A DNA stretch of 40,578 bases from a bacterium (GTDB lineage Bacteria > Margulisbacteria > WOR-1 > O2-12-FULL-45-9): contig JBDRIF010000070.1 in assembly GCA_043816125.1 (NCBI GenBank), positions 1 to 40,578 of the forward strand, in the 5' to 3' direction. A program made the translations under genes and the position numbers. The notes below the pieces were generated by a model. The model worked only from the letters and a program-made list of their open reading frames with translations. It was not told where the DNA came from and did not search any database. Positions within the stretch are counted from its first letter, which is position 1. Each line of letters opens with the position of its first letter. Of this stretch, positions 17,538-28,997 are shown piece by piece.

Positions 17538-17941
17538 TTTCCCCCGGCCTTTTCGATCTTCTCTTTTGCGGACTTGCTAAACTTATCAGCTTTGACAGTT
17601 AATGCTTTAGTAATTTCGCCGGTCCCCAATATCTTTAAAAGGCCGGAAAGTTTTAACGTCTCCTTACTCACTTCACCATCATATTTATTTAAGTCCTCGA
17701 CATTCAAGACTGTGTATCGGGTACGGAAATAATAATTGGAGAACCCTCTTTTTGGTAAGCGCCTGTATAATGGGGTCTGGCCACCTTCAAAACGAGAACC
17801 TTTTGTCCCGCCGGAACGACTCTTTTGCCCCTTATGCCCACGACCGCAAGTTTTGCCAGAGCCGGAACTTGAGCCCCGACCGACTCTTTTTTTGGTTTTT
17901 TTGGCCCCAACGTTATGTTTTAAATTACTCAGATTTGACAT
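17525..17941 (-). CDS. rplO: 50S ribosomal protein L15
   Basis: [12 protein letters not shown] and [17 protein letters not shown]. The ATG at 17941 is preferred as start. Confidence 0.97.
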   Translation of the reverse strand: MSNLSNLKHNVGAKKTKKRVGRGSSSGSGKTCGRGHKGQKSRSGGTKGSRFEGGQTPLYRRLPKRGFSNYYFRTRYTVLNVEDLNKYDGEVSKETLKLSGLLKILGTGEITKALTVKADKFSKSAKEKIEKAGGKCLT

Positions 17942-18452
17942 AATCCACACTATCCACCTTTATTTCTTTCCCTCTCATCAACTGTTGTTCTGCCAGGTCT
18001 TTGAGTGACGTTAACGCAACTATAGTCGCCCGAGCAACATTGATTGCATTATTGGACCCAAGCGATTTAGCAACTACGTTTTTTAACCCACACATTTCTA
18101 AAACGGTTCGAACCGCACCACCGGCAATAACTCCGGTACCGCGCGGGGCCGGTCTTAAAACTACTGAGCTCGCACCATATTTTCCAATAATTTGATGAGG
18201 GATTGTCCCATCGACTTGATTGATCTTGACTTGATTTTTCTTCCCTGATTCTACCCCTTTACGAATAGCCGCCGGCACTTCGGCCGCCTTGCCGATACCC
18301 AAACCGATGCTGTTCTTAAGGTCGCCAACAACAACAACAGTCCGAAAGCCCATCTTTTTACCGCCTTTAACTACTTTGGTAACCCGGCGAATCTGAATGA
18401 CTTTTTCTTTGAATTCACTATCCTCATTTCGATTAAATTTTCTATCTCTCAA
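17925..18452 (-). CDS. rpsE: 30S ribosomal protein S5
   Basis: RVTKVVKGG and GTGVIAGG; TTG start. Confidence 0.98.
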   Translation of the reverse strand: MRDRKFNRNEDSEFKEKVIQIRRVTKVVKGGKKMGFRTVVVVGDLKNSIGLGIGKAAEVPAAIRKGVESGKKNQVKINQVDGTIPHQIIGKYGASSVVLRPAPRGTGVIAGGAVRTVLEMCGLKNVVAKSLGSNNAINVARATIVALTSLKDLAEQQLMRGKEIKVDSVDYVKSE

Positions 18453-18763
18453 AACTCCAAGCCTCCTTCACGTGCTGCCTCTGCTAATGCCTTGATCCGG
18501 CCATGATACTGAGCCGTCCCACGGTCAAAAACAATCTTTTTGATCCCGGCTTTTATCGCCAGTTCCGCAATTTTGGTACCAATCACTTTGGCCGCAGCAA
18601 CATCGCCACCCTTTTTCATCTTTAATGTAGAGGCAGCAACTATTGTTTTTGCTGTCCCATCATCGATCACCTGAGCGTGGATATGATTGATGCTGCGAAA
18701 AACAGCCAAACGCGGTCTTTCTGCTGTGCCGAATATTTTCTTCCGTCTTCTTCTTGCTTTCAT
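18449..18763 (-). CDS. rplR: 50S ribosomal protein L18
   Basis: RPRLAVFRS and VFDRG...YHGR. Confidence 0.97.
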   Translation of the reverse strand: MKARRRRKKIFGTAERPRLAVFRSINHIHAQVIDDGTAKTIVAASTLKMKKGGDVAAAKVIGTKIAELAIKAGIKKIVFDRGTAQYHGRIKALAEAAREGGLEF

Positions 18764-18769
18764 TTTATG

Positions 18770-19321
18770 TTATGCTCCTGCCCCGACTTTGGCTGCTTTA
18801 CCCGCTTTCTTGCGAACTCGTTCGCCAACATATCGGACCCCTTTTCCTTTGTACGGTTCAACTTCTCTAACTCGGCGGATCTTAGCCGCAACTTCACCGA
18901 CAACCTGTTTGTCTAACCCTTTAATAACAATCTTATTCGCCCCTTCGGTCGCGATTTCGATTCCCGCCGGAGCATCGATAATTACTGGGTGTGAAAAACC
19001 CAATGAGAGAGCAATACTCTTTCCTTGCATTGCAGCCCGGTAACCGACCCCCACCATCTCCAATTTCTTTTCAAAACCGGTAGAAACTCCGATCACCATA
19101 TTAGTGATCAAACTGTTGTACAGGCCGTGCAAAGCCATAACTTTGCGATCTTTAGAATTACAGATAGTGCTGATCTTACCGTCTGCTATTTTAATCTCGA
19201 TCCTCGGATCATATTGCTGTAGCAACTGTCCTTTGGGTCCCTTGACCGTGATCAGGTCAACAGTTACCTTGACTTCAACACCATTGGGAATTTCTATTAT
19301 TCTTTTACCTATTCTTGCCAT
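18770..19321 (-). CDS. rplF: 50S ribosomal protein L6
   Basis: Starts MARIGK at 19321 (the track over-extends it); GVGYRA and EPYKGKG. Confidence 0.98.
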   Translation of the reverse strand: MARIGKRIIEIPNGVEVKVTVDLITVKGPKGQLLQQYDPRIEIKIADGKISTICNSKDRKVMALHGLYNSLITNMVIGVSTGFEKKLEMVGVGYRAAMQGKSIALSLGFSHPVIIDAPAGIEIATEGANKIVIKGLDKQVVGEVAAKIRRVREVEPYKGKGVRYVGERVRKKAGKAAKVGAGA

Positions 19322-19328
19322 TATTTGT

Positions 19329-19721
19329 TCACCAAACGTATCCGACGACTTCGCCGCCGACCTTTTCTGCCCGGGCTTTTTCATCGGTCATGATGCCGCG
19401 TGATGTTGAAATCAACGCTAGGCCATAACCCGACTGCACCCGAGGCAATTTGCTGCTTTCAGCATAAACCCGGCAACCTGATTTACTGATCCTCTTCAGG
19501 TCATTAATCACACTTTTCTTGGCTGGAGTATATTTGAAAGTCAATCTAAGAACTTTCTTCTCAACCCGGTTTAAAACATCAACAGCGCCGATATACCCTT
19601 CACTGGCCAAAATCTGGGCAATCGACTCTTTCATTTTGGAATGAGGCATATCTATCGACTCAGCCTTCACATTTAAGGCTGTTTTTATACGACTAAACAT
19701 ATCTGCAATCGGATCTGTCAT
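19329..19721 (-). CDS. rpsH: 30S ribosomal protein S8
   Basis: MTDPIADM, STSRG and VGGEV. Confidence 0.98.
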   Translation of the reverse strand: MTDPIADMFSRIKTALNVKAESIDMPHSKMKESIAQILASEGYIGAVDVLNRVEKKVLRLTFKYTPAKKSVINDLKRISKSGCRVYAESSKLPRVQSGYGLALISTSRGIMTDEKARAEKVGGEVVGYVW

Positions 19722-19732
19722 TTATTTTCCTC

Positions 19733-19918
19733 CTACCAACTTGACTTGGTCACACCCGGCAATTGACCGGCATGTGCCATCTTTCTAAAACAAATTCGGC
19801 AAAGCCCAAACCTTCTAAGAAAACTGCGGCTGCGACCACACAAAAAACAACGGTTCTTGTGCCTGGTTGCAAACTTGGGACCTTTTCTTAATCTTTCTAA
19901 CCACGCTTTTTTTGCCAT
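19733..19918 (-). CDS. rpsN: 30S ribosomal protein S14, zinc (type Z) form
   Basis: 61 aa with RCFLCGR, LCRICFR and PGVTKSSW. Confidence 0.98.
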   Translation of the reverse strand: MAKKAWLERLRKGPKFATRHKNRCFLCGRSRSFLRRFGLCRICFRKMAHAGQLPGVTKSSW

Positions 19919-19919
19919 G

Positions 19920-20462
19920 TTATGTATCCTTCCTAAATGGCATGCCCAAGGCTTCTAACAATTGCCTTGCCTCTTTGGCATCCCGAGCAGTTGTAACAAA
20001 AGTGATATCCATGCCACGAACTCGATCGACCCGCTCATAATCTACTTCAGGGAAAATAATCTGTTCTTTGACTCCTAAAGTATAATTCCCCAAAGCATCA
20101 AATGATTTTGGATTGACTCCTCTAAAATCACGGATTTTGGGCAAACAGATATTAATAAACTTACTTAAGAATGAGTACATTCTTCTGCCGCGCAAGGTTA
20201 CCTTTAAACCGATAGGCAAGTCTTTTCTCAGTTTAAAAGCCGCAATCGCTTTTTTCGCTTTAATAACCAACGGTTTTTGTCCTGTTATCTCTCCCAGCTC
20301 TTTGGCCGAAACATCAATCGCCTTGATATTCTCTCTGGTTTCGCCAACACCGCGATTGATCACAATTTTTGTAATCTTCGGTACACGCATTGGATTTTTA
20401 TAGTTGCCCTCTTTTAGCAGAGCCGGCAAAATTTGCTTGTTGTATTTTTCTTTTAAATCCAT
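19920..20462 (-). CDS. rplE: 50S ribosomal protein L5
   Basis: ITGQKP, KVTLRG, RDFRG and EQIIFPE. Confidence 0.99.
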   Translation of the reverse strand: MDLKEKYNKQILPALLKEGNYKNPMRVPKITKIVINRGVGETRENIKAIDVSAKELGEITGQKPLVIKAKKAIAAFKLRKDLPIGLKVTLRGRRMYSFLSKFINICLPKIRDFRGVNPKSFDALGNYTLGVKEQIIFPEVDYERVDRVRGMDITFVTTARDAKEARQLLEALGMPFRKDT

Positions 20463-20463
20463 C

Positions 20464-20766
20464 TTATTTCACCTTATCGACTGACTCGCCACAGCGAGCA
20501 CAGATTCTGACCTTATTTTGTTTTCTGAGCCTGCTCGGCTTGTCACAGCTTGGGCAAAGCAACATTACTTTGGCAATGGAGAGGGCGGCCGGCTTCTCAA
20601 TGATCCCTCCCTGGAATTCGCGGGTCGCTTTCATATGTCTTTTGACAATATTAATTCTTTCAACAATAACTTTGTTCTCTGTAATCAGCGCTTCCAAGAT
20701 CTTCCCTTTCTTTCCTTTGTCTTTGCCGCTGATCACTCTAATCGTATCACCTTTTTTTAATCTCAT
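20464..20766 (-). CDS. rplX: 50S ribosomal protein L24
   Basis: KOW motif [14 protein letters not shown] and two C-terminal CxxC pairs. Confidence 0.98.
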   Translation of the reverse strand: MRLKKGDTIRVISGKDKGKKGKILEALITENKVIVERINIVKRHMKATREFQGGIIEKPAALSIAKVMLLCPSCDKPSRLRKQNKVRICARCGESVDKVK

Positions 20767-21135
20767 TTACACTACCTCTGGTGCCAAGGAAACAATTTTC
20801 ATAAAGTCCTTGTCCCTTAATTCACGGGCGACCGGTCCAAAAACACGGGTACCGCGCGGATTTTTTTCTTTGGTCACAATAACTACCGCATTATCATCGA
20901 ATCGGACATAAGAACCATCGGCCCGGCGGATCGGCTTGACAGTTCTGACTACCACCCCAAAAACAACCTCACTCTTTTTTACCGTCATATTTGGCGTAGC
21001 CTGCTTGACGACTCCAACAATAATGTCCCCAATGCCGGCAAACATTCGGTTTGATCCGCCCAAAACGCGGATACACATTACTTCTTTAGCACCTGTATTA
21101 TCAGCTACTTGTAGTAGGGTCTGTTGCTGTATCAA
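20767..21135 (-). CDS. rplN: 50S ribosomal protein L14
   Basis: [20 protein letters not shown] and SLAPEV; TTG start. Confidence 0.99.
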   Translation of the reverse strand: MIQQQTLLQVADNTGAKEVMCIRVLGGSNRMFAGIGDIIVGVVKQATPNMTVKKSEVVFGVVVRTVKPIRRADGSYVRFDDNAVVIVTKEKNPRGTRVFGPVARELRDKDFMKIVSLAPEVV

Positions 21136-21415
21136 CTTTTTTCTCCTTTACAATTGGTAAGTCATGAGCATTAATCTTGGCTTGGCCAAGAATTTTAACT
21201 ATTCTCCAGCACTTATCGCGAGAAATGGGCCTGGTTTCGATCATCTCTACCCGGTCTCCGATCTGACATTTGTTCTCCTCATCATGAGCCTTAAATTTCT
21301 TGGTAACCCTCATTACTTTTTTATAAAATGGATGAGCAAACGTTCTTTTGACTTCCACCACGGCTGTCTTATCCATCTTATTGCTGACCACAATCCCTGT
21401 TCTTTGTTTTTTCAA
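21101..21415 (-). CDS. rpsQ: 30S ribosomal protein S17
   Basis: [16 protein letters not shown] and ETRPIS. The C-terminal tail overlaps rplN. Confidence 0.97.
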   Translation of the reverse strand: MKKQRTGIVVSNKMDKTAVVEVKRTFAHPFYKKVMRVTKKFKAHDEENKCQIGDRVEMIETRPISRDKCWRIVKILGQAKINAHDLPIVKEKKVDTATDPTTSS

Positions 21416-21416
21416 C

Positions 21417-21608
21417 CTAGTTAGCCCCCTTCTCGGTAATGATCGTCATAATTCTGGCAATGTCCCGGCGCAAATGTCGCAACTGCAAAGGGTTCTTCAA
21501 TTGCTGATTTGCTTTCGCCAATCTGAGCTTAAATAATTCTCGGCGCAAATCAGCCGCCTTTTTATTTAGATCTTCAACATTTAATTCTCTCAATTCTTTC
21601 GGTTTCAT
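21417..21608 (-). CDS. rpmC: 50S ribosomal protein L29
   Basis: ELFKLR and RRDIARIMT; expected position. Confidence 0.97.
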   Translation of the reverse strand: MKPKELRELNVEDLNKKAADLRRELFKLRLAKANQQLKNPLQLRHLRRDIARIMTIITEKGAN

Positions 21609-22021
21609 TATTTATATTTCTCCACAAATCTGGTCGCAATCGGCAATTTGAAACTGGCTAAACGCAAAGCTTCTTTGGCGTCTTCGAACTTAATTCCACC
21701 AATTTCAAAAAGAATATGCCCGCGTCTTACCGGCGCCACAAAAGCGGCCGGCGCCCCTTTGCCGCCACCCATCCGGGTTTCAGCCGCCCGAGCAGTTTTG
21801 ATCTTATCAGCTAACATGCGAACCCAAACCTTGCCGCCACGTTTTAAATGGTGGGTCAATGCTTTTCGAGCCGATTCGATCTGATTGACAGTTAAATAAG
21901 CACATTCCAGTGACTGTAAACCAAATTCACCATAGAAGAGCTCGGTTCCGGCAGAAGCTTTGCCCCGTAACCGTCTTCGTTGATGTTTTCTATACTTTGT
22001 TTTGCCCGGTACCAATACCAT
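21608..22021 (-). CDS. rplP: 50S ribosomal protein L16
   Basis: KYRK.QR, ETRMG.GKG and KLP. Confidence 0.98.
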   Translation of the reverse strand: MVLVPGKTKYRKHQRRRLRGKASAGTELFYGEFGLQSLECAYLTVNQIESARKALTHHLKRGGKVWVRMLADKIKTARAAETRMGGGKGAPAAFVAPVRRGHILFEIGGIKFEDAKEALRLASFKLPIATRFVEKYK

Positions 22022-22682
22022 TATTTTCTCCTTGTACTTTCTCTGGAGCCTTAACTTTTAAAACCTCACCTTTGTAGACCCAAACCTTAATTCCTATCTT
22101 GCCGTATAAAGTCATCGCTTCGGTAAAACCATATTCAATTTTCGCTCTCAGAGTCTGCAACGGAACCCGACCTGCCCTATAAGTCTCTTTGCGAGCAATT
22201 TCTGAGCCGCCTAGACGTCCACCACATAAAATCTTGATCCCTTTGGCCCCCGAGCGCAGCGCTTTGGAAACACACTGTTTCATCACTCGGCGAAAAGAGA
22301 CCCGTCTCTCCAGCTGAGAAGCAATATTTTCGGAAATCAACTGCGCGTTTGCCTCTGGTTTTGGCTCTTCATGCACATTCAATTGCACCTGCCGTCCGGT
22401 TCGTTTTAATAATTTTTCACGGATCGCCGAAACCTCTTTACCACCTTTCCCGATGATCAAACCCGGTTTCGCGGTATACAGATCGACTTCAATCTGGTTA
22501 GCCTTGCGTTTGATGGAAATCCTGGAAATACCGGCCTTATACAAGCTCTCCTTCAGATATTTCCTAAGGGCAACATCTTCCTTTAGTAATTTACCGTACT
22601 CTTGTCCCTCGGCAAACCAAAAGCTGTCCCAATCATCAATAACTCCAATCCTAAATCCTTTTGGATTGATTTTCTGACCCAT
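21990..22682 (-). CDS. rpsC: 30S ribosomal protein S3
   Basis: MGQKINP.GFR, KH motif PGLIIGKGG and [10 protein letters not shown]. Confidence 0.99.
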   Translation of the reverse strand: MGQKINPKGFRIGVIDDWDSFWFAEGQEYGKLLKEDVALRKYLKESLYKAGISRISIKRKANQIEVDLYTAKPGLIIGKGGKEVSAIREKLLKRTGRQVQLNVHEEPKPEANAQLISENIASQLERRVSFRRVMKQCVSKALRSGAKGIKILCGGRLGGSEIARKETYRAGRVPLQTLRAKIEYGFTEAMTLYGKIGIKVWVYKGEVLKVKAPEKVQGENNGIGTGQNKV

Positions 22683-23062
22683 TAAGCTTTTGCCTCCCTG
22701 CCTGCCGGCAAGGCAGGCTTAGTTACTTTCTCGACTGATTTCAACCAAACCGTAGCATGGCTGGTCGGTTTATGAATACTACCAACCCGACCTCGTGCCC
22801 GGGCCCGCCAACGCTTTAAAATTACCCCTTTATTAGAAAAAGCTTCATCTACAATCAAGCTATCGGCAGATAATTTAAAATTGTGTTTGGCGTTGGCAAT
22901 TGCCGCTTTAACCAGCTTGGCAAATATTTCAGCACTCTTGTTCGGCATCATTTCCAGCATATTCAAAGCATCGACAGCCGGCATCCCGCGTAACAACTGT
23001 GCTACGCGACTTAATTTACGTGCTCCATTCCTAACCCATTTTGTTTGTGCTTTAACTCTCAT
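22682..23062 (-). CDS. rplV: 50S ribosomal protein L22
   Basis: AIANA.HN and RARGR; expected position between rpsS and rpsC. Confidence 0.97.
   Translation of the reverse strand: MRVKAQTKWVRNGARKLSRVAQLLRGMPAVDALNMLEMMPNKSAEIFAKLVKAAIANAKHNFKLSADSLIVDEAFSNKGVILKRWRARARGRVGSIHKPTSHATVWLKSVEKVTKPALPAGREAKA
22697..22717. repeat. 21-bp near-perfect palindrome inside the rplV 3' end
   Basis: CCTGCCTGCCGGCAAGGCAGG is self-complementary except for one bulged base and encodes PALPAGR. Confidence 0.85.
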
Positions 23063-23063
23063 T

Positions 23064-23348
23064 TTATGTTATTGTCGTGGAAACCTCGGTCGGATTTCCG
23101 TGATGCTTAAAAGTGCGAGTATGTGCAAACTCGCCCAGTCGGTGACCAACCATATTTTCGGTGATATAGATCGGGATATGTTTTCTCCCATTATGCACGG
23201 CAATTGTTAAGCCGATAAAATCGGGCACAATTGTCGAAGCCCTGGACCAGGTCTTTATTAACGTCTTTTTACCTGCCATCTGCATTTTCTGAACCTTCTT
23301 TAACAATTTCTCATCAATAAACGGACCCTTTTTTGTTGATCGTCCCAT
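23064..23348 (-). CDS. rpsS: 30S ribosomal protein S19
   Basis: [13 protein letters not shown] and MVGH.LGEF. Confidence 0.99.
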   Translation of the reverse strand: MGRSTKKGPFIDEKLLKKVQKMQMAGKKTLIKTWSRASTIVPDFIGLTIAVHNGRKHIPIYITENMVGHRLGEFAHTRTFKHHGNPTEVSTTIT

Positions 23349-24178
23349 TATTTACCCTTCTTTCGTGACAGTATGAACCGATCGCTTCTGCGTCTCGGTT
23401 TTCTGGTCTTGAGTCCACGGGCCGGCTTGCCCCACGGGGTCATCGGTTGGACTCGGCCAACAGGGGCCCGACCTTCTCCACCGCCGTGTGGATGGTCACA
23501 AGGATTCATCGCCACGCCACGAACATGAGGACGAATTCCCAGGTGTCTTTTACGACCGGCTTTACCTAAGATAATATTCTTGGCCTCAATATTGCCAAGC
23601 TGGCCAATCGTGGCCCTACAAGCTAAAGGAACCTTCCGTTGCTCACCAGAAGGGAGTTTGACAATCCCATACTTCCCCTCTTTAGCAACTAGATTAACAG
23701 AAGTTCCAGCTGAGCGAGCCATCTTACCACCACGGCCAGGCTCCAACTCAACATTATGAATTATTGTTCCCATCGGAATAGAACTCATCGGCAAAGCATT
23801 CCCTAATTTAATATCCACTTCAACCCCAGACTCAACGGAATCGCCATCTTTGATTCCCAGCGGCGCTAAAATGTAGCGTCTCTCTTTATCCTGATATTCC
23901 AACAGAGCAATCCTAACATTGCGGTTAGGATCAAATTCAATACCTAGGACTGTAGCCGGCATATCTTTATCTCGCTTAAAATCAATAATCCGGTACATCC
24001 GCTTGTTGCCCCCGCCACGATGACGCATAGAAACCCGGCCACGCCAATCGCGTCCACCGGTCTTCCGTAAACGGCTAATCAATTTTTTCTCTGGTTTATC
24101 CTTAGTGACATCAGAGAAATCATCGGAAATCTGAAAACGTTGACCCGGTGTGACCGGATTGTGTTGTCGTAATCCCAT
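23348..24178 (-). CDS. rplB: 50S ribosomal protein L2
   Basis: DPNR and [17 protein letters not shown]. Confidence 0.99.
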   Translation of the reverse strand: MGLRQHNPVTPGQRFQISDDFSDVTKDKPEKKLISRLRKTGGRDWRGRVSMRHRGGGNKRMYRIIDFKRDKDMPATVLGIEFDPNRNVRIALLEYQDKERRYILAPLGIKDGDSVESGVEVDIKLGNALPMSSIPMGTIIHNVELEPGRGGKMARSAGTSVNLVAKEGKYGIVKLPSGEQRKVPLACRATIGQLGNIEAKNIILGKAGRKRHLGIRPHVRGVAMNPCDHPHGGGEGRAPVGRVQPMTPWGKPARGLKTRKPRRRSDRFILSRKKGK

Positions 24179-24459
24179 TACAGTTCGATCTCCTCAATTT
24201 TTTGGCCGCTGACTAAAGTGACATAGGCTTTTTTCCAGCGGGCTGTTTTGCCAATCGACCGGCCAAGTATTCGTCGTTTGGCTCGAACGTGGGCAGTATT
24301 AACAGATTTAACTTTCACCTTGAATAACTGCTCAATCGCCTGCTTAATCGCGATCTTGGGAGCTTTGGGATTGACTTTAAAAGCATATTTTGACATCGCC
24401 CTTTCAGCCATCGATTTTTCGGTCACCAATTGTTCGATAATAATTTGTTCTGGCAACAT
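24178..24459 (-). CDS. rplW: 50S ribosomal protein L23
   Basis: VTEKS, F.VKV.SVNT and WKKAYVTL. Confidence 0.98.
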   Translation of the reverse strand: MLPEQIIIEQLVTEKSMAERAMSKYAFKVNPKAPKIAIKQAIEQLFKVKVKSVNTAHVRAKRRILGRSIGKTARWKKAYVTLVSGQKIEEIEL

Positions 24460-25082
24460 TAGGCCAAAACCTCCTCAAGTTTTTTTACCGCTGATTTTTC
24501 CGCTACAACCCAGTCGGCATTCAACAGATCAAAAATATTCAAATCCTTGGCAGGCAATATGGTTACCCCTCTGATATTCCTCGCTGCCTTGGTAAACAAC
24601 TTATTATCCTGGCCCAACAAAATCAAGGTCTTGCCTGATATCTTAAGACCTTCAAATAATTTGAGCGCCAATTTAGTCTTTGCTTCGGCAACATTCAGCT
24701 CTTCAACGATCTTAACCTTATTCTCTTTAGCCTTGTCAGATAGGACGATTCTAAGCGCCAAAGTTTTGATCTTTTTAGGCAAGCTATAAGCATAGCTTCT
24801 CGGCTTGGGAGCGAAAATGACACCACCGGTTCGCCACAACGGTGAACGGATGCTCCCGGCCCTGGCCCGACCGGTTCCTTTCTGTTTCCACGGCTTCTTA
24901 CCGCCACCTCGGACTTCGGCCCTGGTTAAGGATGATTGAGTTCCACGGCGCTGACAAGCTTGATACCAAACCAAAGTTGAATGAACAACCTGTTCATTTG
25001 CTTTCGCACCGAACATTTTTTCCGAGCCGGAGAATTCTCCGCTGCTCTTTCCGCTTACATCGTATAATGGCAATTTAGGCAT
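24459..25082 (-). CDS. rplD: 50S ribosomal protein L4
   Basis: KPWKQKGTGRARAGSIRSPLW. Confidence 0.99.
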   Translation of the reverse strand: MPKLPLYDVSGKSSGEFSGSEKMFGAKANEQVVHSTLVWYQACQRRGTQSSLTRAEVRGGGKKPWKQKGTGRARAGSIRSPLWRTGGVIFAPKPRSYAYSLPKKIKTLALRIVLSDKAKENKVKIVEELNVAEAKTKLALKLFEGLKISGKTLILLGQDNKLFTKAARNIRGVTILPAKDLNIFDLLNADWVVAEKSAVKKLEEVLA

Positions 25083-25716
25083 TTGTCTTTTCCTCTACTT
25101 TTTTAGGAAACTCACCTTCGGCTGAGATCATAACCAAATTTCCCGGTTTCCCCGGGACAGAACCTTTGACCAACAGTAAATTATTCCCCGCATCAACCCT
25201 GACCACCTTGAGACCATCAACCGTAACGTTTACCCCACCCATGCGACCAGGCATTGCTTGACCTTTTAATACCCGTCCTGGAGTTGTTCCGGCACCAATC
25301 GAACCGGTAATCCGGTGAGATTTGGAACCGTGAGACATTGGGCCACGATGATGATGATGTCGTTTAATATTTCCCTGAAAACCCTTACCAATACTAACAC
25401 CAGAAATCTCAATCGCTTCTCCAGGCTGAAACATCTCCACCTTAATCTCTTGACCAACTTTAAAATCTTCCGGTTTATCTACTCTTATTTCTCGCAAATG
25501 TTTGGCAGAAATTTCACCTAAATGTCCTTTGGCAGGCTTGTTAGCTTTTTTAGTCGCGCCAAAACCGATCTGAATAGCATTGTAACCGTCTTTCTCCTCG
25601 GTTTTAATCTGAGTTACAAAACAGGGACCTGCTTCGATAACGCTAACAGGCACAACATTTCCCGTTTCGTCAAAAATCTGAGTCATCCCTTTTTTGAATC
25701 CCAATAACTTTTTCAT
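25075..25716 (-). CDS. rplC: 50S ribosomal protein L3
   Basis: KKGMTQ, GKGFQG, MPGRMG and KGSVPG. Confidence 0.99.
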   Translation of the reverse strand: MKKLLGFKKGMTQIFDETGNVVPVSVIEAGPCFVTQIKTEEKDGYNAIQIGFGATKKANKPAKGHLGEISAKHLREIRVDKPEDFKVGQEIKVEMFQPGEAIEISGVSIGKGFQGNIKRHHHHRGPMSHGSKSHRITGSIGAGTTPGRVLKGQAMPGRMGGVNVTVDGLKVVRVDAGNNLLLVKGSVPGKPGNLVMISAEGEFPKKVEEKTNA

Positions 25717-25720
25717 TTCA

Positions 25721-26035
25721 TTATCCCATCTTTATTTCGATATCGACCCCGGCCGGCAAATCCAACTGCATCAAGGCATCAATAGTTGTCTGCGGCGGAT
25801 CAAGGATATCGATCAATCTTTTATGTGTCCGCATCTCAAAATGCTCGCGTGATTTCTTATCCACATGCGGTGAACGCAAAACACAATAAACTTGTTTGTC
25901 GGTCGGCAGAGGGATCGGACCGGAAACATAAGCCCCTGCTCTCTTGGCCGTTTCGACAATCTTGATTGCGGATAAATCGAGTATCCGATGATCGTAACTT
26001 TTTAATTTAATTCTGACTCTTTGTCTTTTTGCCAT
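25721..26035 (-). CDS. rpsJ: 30S ribosomal protein S10
   Basis: GPIPLPT and [19 protein letters not shown]. Confidence 0.99.
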   Translation of the reverse strand: MAKRQRVRIKLKSYDHRILDLSAIKIVETAKRAGAYVSGPIPLPTDKQVYCVLRSPHVDKKSREHFEMRTHKRLIDILDPPQTTIDALMQLDLPAGVDIEIKMG

Positions 26036-28135
26036 TTACTTTTTCGCTCCTGTTTCTGCGGGGCTCTTAAGCTTTTCGATTAAGTCCTGAGATAAGTTTT
26101 TCGGCAGTTCGTTGTATTCGCAAAACTCCATCGTGTAGTTGCCGCGCCCCTGACTCAAAGAACGTAACACTGTAGCATAACCGAACATACTTGCCAAGGG
26201 AACTTTTGCTTTTATCGTCTGTATTCCTTGATGAGATTCCATCCCTTCGATCCGTCCCCGTCGAGAATTGAGATCGCCGATAACTTCACCCATGTAATTT
26301 TCGGGCACCACAACTTCTACCTGCATCACCGGCTCCAGGAGAATCGGCTTGCTTTTTAAGGCGGCACTTTTGAAAGCCATCGAAGCGGCAATCTTAAAAG
26401 CGATTTCTGATGAATCGACTTCGTGATATGAACCATCGAAAACAGTTGCCTTAACATCTATCACTTCGTAACCGGCCAAAACTCCACTGGTTAAAGTTTC
26501 TTTAATTCCTTTTTCAATCGCCGGAATATATTCGCGGGGAATAGAGCCCCCAACGACTTCATTAACAAACTCAAATCCTTTACCGGTTTCCAGCGGTTCC
26601 AGCCTTAATAAAACGTGGCCATACTGACCACGACCACCGGTCTGGCGAATAAATTTTGATTCGGCTTCGGCTTTACCGCGGATAGTCTCTTTGTAGGCAA
26701 CCTGCGGTTTGCCGACATTGGCATCAACCTTAAATTCGCGCATCAGACGATCGACAATAATTTCCAAATGGAGTTCTCCCATGCCGGAAATAATTGTTTG
26801 ACCAGTTTCAGGATCGCCCTTAACCTTGAAAGTAGGATCTTCTTCGGCCAATTTTGACAAAGCGATCCCGAGTTTTTCTTGGTCAGCCTTGGTCTTCGGC
26901 TCGATTGCCACAAAAATAACCGGCTCAGGAAACTGGATCGACTCGAGAATGACAGGTTTGTCTTCGTCACACAAAGTATCGCCGGTAGTCGTATTCTTGA
27001 ATCCGACCGCAGCGGCAATATCTCCGGCTGTAACCTCATCGATTTCTTCCCGTTTATTGGAGTGCATTTGCAGAATACGACCGATCCGTTCTCTTTTTTG
27101 CTTTACAGAGTTAAAGACATAAGAACCGGCTTTTAAAACCCCGGAATATACCCTAAAGAAAGTTAACTTACCAACATAAGGATCGGTCATAATCTTAAAG
27201 GCTAAAGCGGAGAATGGCTCGTCATCTTCGGTCCGACGATTCTCTTCTGCGCCGGTCTTGGGATTGGTCCCAGCCACCGAAGCGACATCGAGAGGGGATG
27301 GGAGATAATCGACGATTGCATCCAACATCGGTTGGACACCTTTATTCTTAAAAGAGGACCCGCAGATTATCGGAATAATTTGCGCTGCAACGACCGCTTT
27401 ACGAAGACCGGCCATAATTTCTTCTTTTGTTAATTTATTTCCTGCCAGATATTTTTCCAGCAGTTTGTCGTCGGCTTCAGCGGCCGCTTCGACTAGTTTT
27501 TCATGATATTCTGTTGCCTTAGCTTTTAAATTTTCCGGGATCGGTTGGCGTTCAAATTTCATCCCCATCTCATCCTGATAAATGATTGCATCCATCTCCA
27601 CTAAATCGACAATGCCGATAAAATCTCCTTCTGCTCCGATTGGCAGCTGAAAAGGGATCCCCTTGGCCAGCAGACGATCATTGACTTGTTCGACAACGCG
27701 ATAAAAGTTGGCCCCGGTCCGATCCATTTTATTGATATAACAGATTCGTGGAACCTTGTAACGGGTCGCCTGTCGCCAGACTGTTTCGGACTGTGGCTGT
27801 ACGCCGCCGACGGCACAAAAAACAACCACAACACCGTCGAGAACGCGCATGCTTCGTTCAACCTCGACAGTAAAATCAACGTGCCCTGGAGTATCAATAA
27901 TATTAATTCGATGGTCACGCCAAAATGTGGTGGTAGCAGCAGAAGTAATTGTGATACCACGCTCTCTCTCTTGCTCCATCCAATCCATTGTGGTGGTTCC
28001 ATCGTGAACTTCGCCAATTTTGTGCAACACACCACTGTAGAACAATACCCGTTCAGTGGTCGTTGTTTTGCCCGCATCGATGTGTGCGGCAAAACCCATA
28101 TTACGATATTTATCTATTGCATACTTTCTAGCCAT
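26036..28135 (-). CDS. fusA: Elongation factor G (canonical)
   Basis: [22 protein letters not shown] and NKMD; follows rpsG. Confidence 0.99.
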   Translation of the reverse strand: MARKYAIDKYRNMGFAAHIDAGKTTTTERVLFYSGVLHKIGEVHDGTTTMDWMEQERERGITITSAATTTFWRDHRINIIDTPGHVDFTVEVERSMRVLDGVVVVFCAVGGVQPQSETVWRQATRYKVPRICYINKMDRTGANFYRVVEQVNDRLLAKGIPFQLPIGAEGDFIGIVDLVEMDAIIYQDEMGMKFERQPIPENLKAKATEYHEKLVEAAAEADDKLLEKYLAGNKLTKEEIMAGLRKAVVAAQIIPIICGSSFKNKGVQPMLDAIVDYLPSPLDVASVAGTNPKTGAEENRRTEDDEPFSALAFKIMTDPYVGKLTFFRVYSGVLKAGSYVFNSVKQKRERIGRILQMHSNKREEIDEVTAGDIAAAVGFKNTTTGDTLCDEDKPVILESIQFPEPVIFVAIEPKTKADQEKLGIALSKLAEEDPTFKVKGDPETGQTIISGMGELHLEIIVDRLMREFKVDANVGKPQVAYKETIRGKAEAESKFIRQTGGRGQYGHVLLRLEPLETGKGFEFVNEVVGGSIPREYIPAIEKGIKETLTSGVLAGYEVIDVKATVFDGSYHEVDSSEIAFKIAASMAFKSAALKSKPILLEPVMQVEVVVPENYMGEVIGDLNSRRGRIEGMESHQGIQTIKAKVPLASMFGYATVLRSLSQGRGNYTMEFCEYNELPKNLSQDLIEKLKSPAETGAKK

Positions 28136-28141
28136 TTACCC

Positions 28142-28612
28142 TTACCACCTAAAATGAGCAAAAGCTTTATTTGCCTCTGCCGTCTTATGTAAGTCTTCAC
28201 GTTTCTTTAAAGCCCCGCCTGCTCCGTTGCTCGCATCTATCAACTCGGCACTTAAACGCTCGATCATCGATTTGCCGGCCCGGTTACTGGCACTCTCCCT
28301 GAGCCACTGCATCGCTAAAGCCTGACTGCGCATTTTTGGAACCTCAACAGGCACTTGATAGGTTGCGCCACCAACACGCCGGGCCTTAACTTCGATTAAA
28401 GGAGCAGAATTAGAAATCGCCTTTTCAAAAATCTCCATTGGAGCTTTGCCTAATTTTTTCTCGATATCAGACAGGGCGCCATAAACGATTCTTTCGGCCG
28501 TACTCTTTTTGCCTCTTCTCATCAGGCGATTTATAAATTTTTGCAACAAAATACTATCGTAAACCGGATCAGGAGATATTTCGCGTTTAGGAACATTTCC
28601 TCTTCTTGGCAA
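28142..28612 (-). CDS. rpsG: 30S ribosomal protein S7
   Basis: Starts (TTG)PRRG at 28612 after a GGAGG SD; [11 protein letters not shown] and AFAHFRW. Confidence 0.98.
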   Translation of the reverse strand: MPRRGNVPKREISPDPVYDSILLQKFINRLMRRGKKSTAERIVYGALSDIEKKLGKAPMEIFEKAISNSAPLIEVKARRVGGATYQVPVEVPKMRSQALAMQWLRESASNRAGKSMIERLSAELIDASNGAGGALKKREDLHKTAEANKAFAHFRW

Positions 28613-28613
28613 C

Positions 28614-28997
28614 TTAAGCTCCTCCCTTCTTGGTTCTCTTCGCACCATATTTGGATCGACTCTTCTGCCTGCCTTCAACACCAGAGGTATCTAAGGAGCC
28701 TCTGACAATGTGATAACGAACGCCTGGCAAATCTTTTACACGGCCACCGCGGACCAAAACAACCGAGTGTTCCTGAAGATTGTGCCCAACTCCAGGAATA
28801 TAGGCAGAAACTTCCATCCCGGTCGTTAAACGAACACGAGCAACTTTACGCAAAGCCGAATTTGGTTTCTTCGGTGTTGTTGTGTAGACACGAGTACAGA
28901 CACCTCGGCGCAACGGAGCCCCTTTTAAGGCCGGGGCTTTTCCTTTTTTCTTTTTCTTTTCTCTCCCATTTCTGATCAACTGATTAATTGTCGGCAT
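28614..28997 (-). CDS. rpsL: 30S ribosomal protein S12
   Basis: [17 protein letters not shown] and [10 protein letters not shown]. Confidence 0.99.
   Translation of the reverse strand: MPTINQLIRNGREKKKKKGKAPALKGAPLRRGVCTRVYTTTPKKPNSALRKVARVRLTTGMEVSAYIPGVGHNLQEHSVVLVRGGRVKDLPGVRYHIVRGSLDTSGVEGRQKSRSKYGAKRTKKGGA

Noticed and set aside
25857-25865. Second perfect DnaA box TTATCCACA
   Set aside because: It lies inside rpsJ on the conserved His-Val-Asp-Lys codons, and one chance hit in 40 kb is unremarkable.
28613-28681. Track-predicted N-terminal extensions of rpsG (also rplF, rpmG, rplO and EF-G2)
   Set aside because: These are longest-ORF artefacts; the conserved N-termini point to downstream starts.
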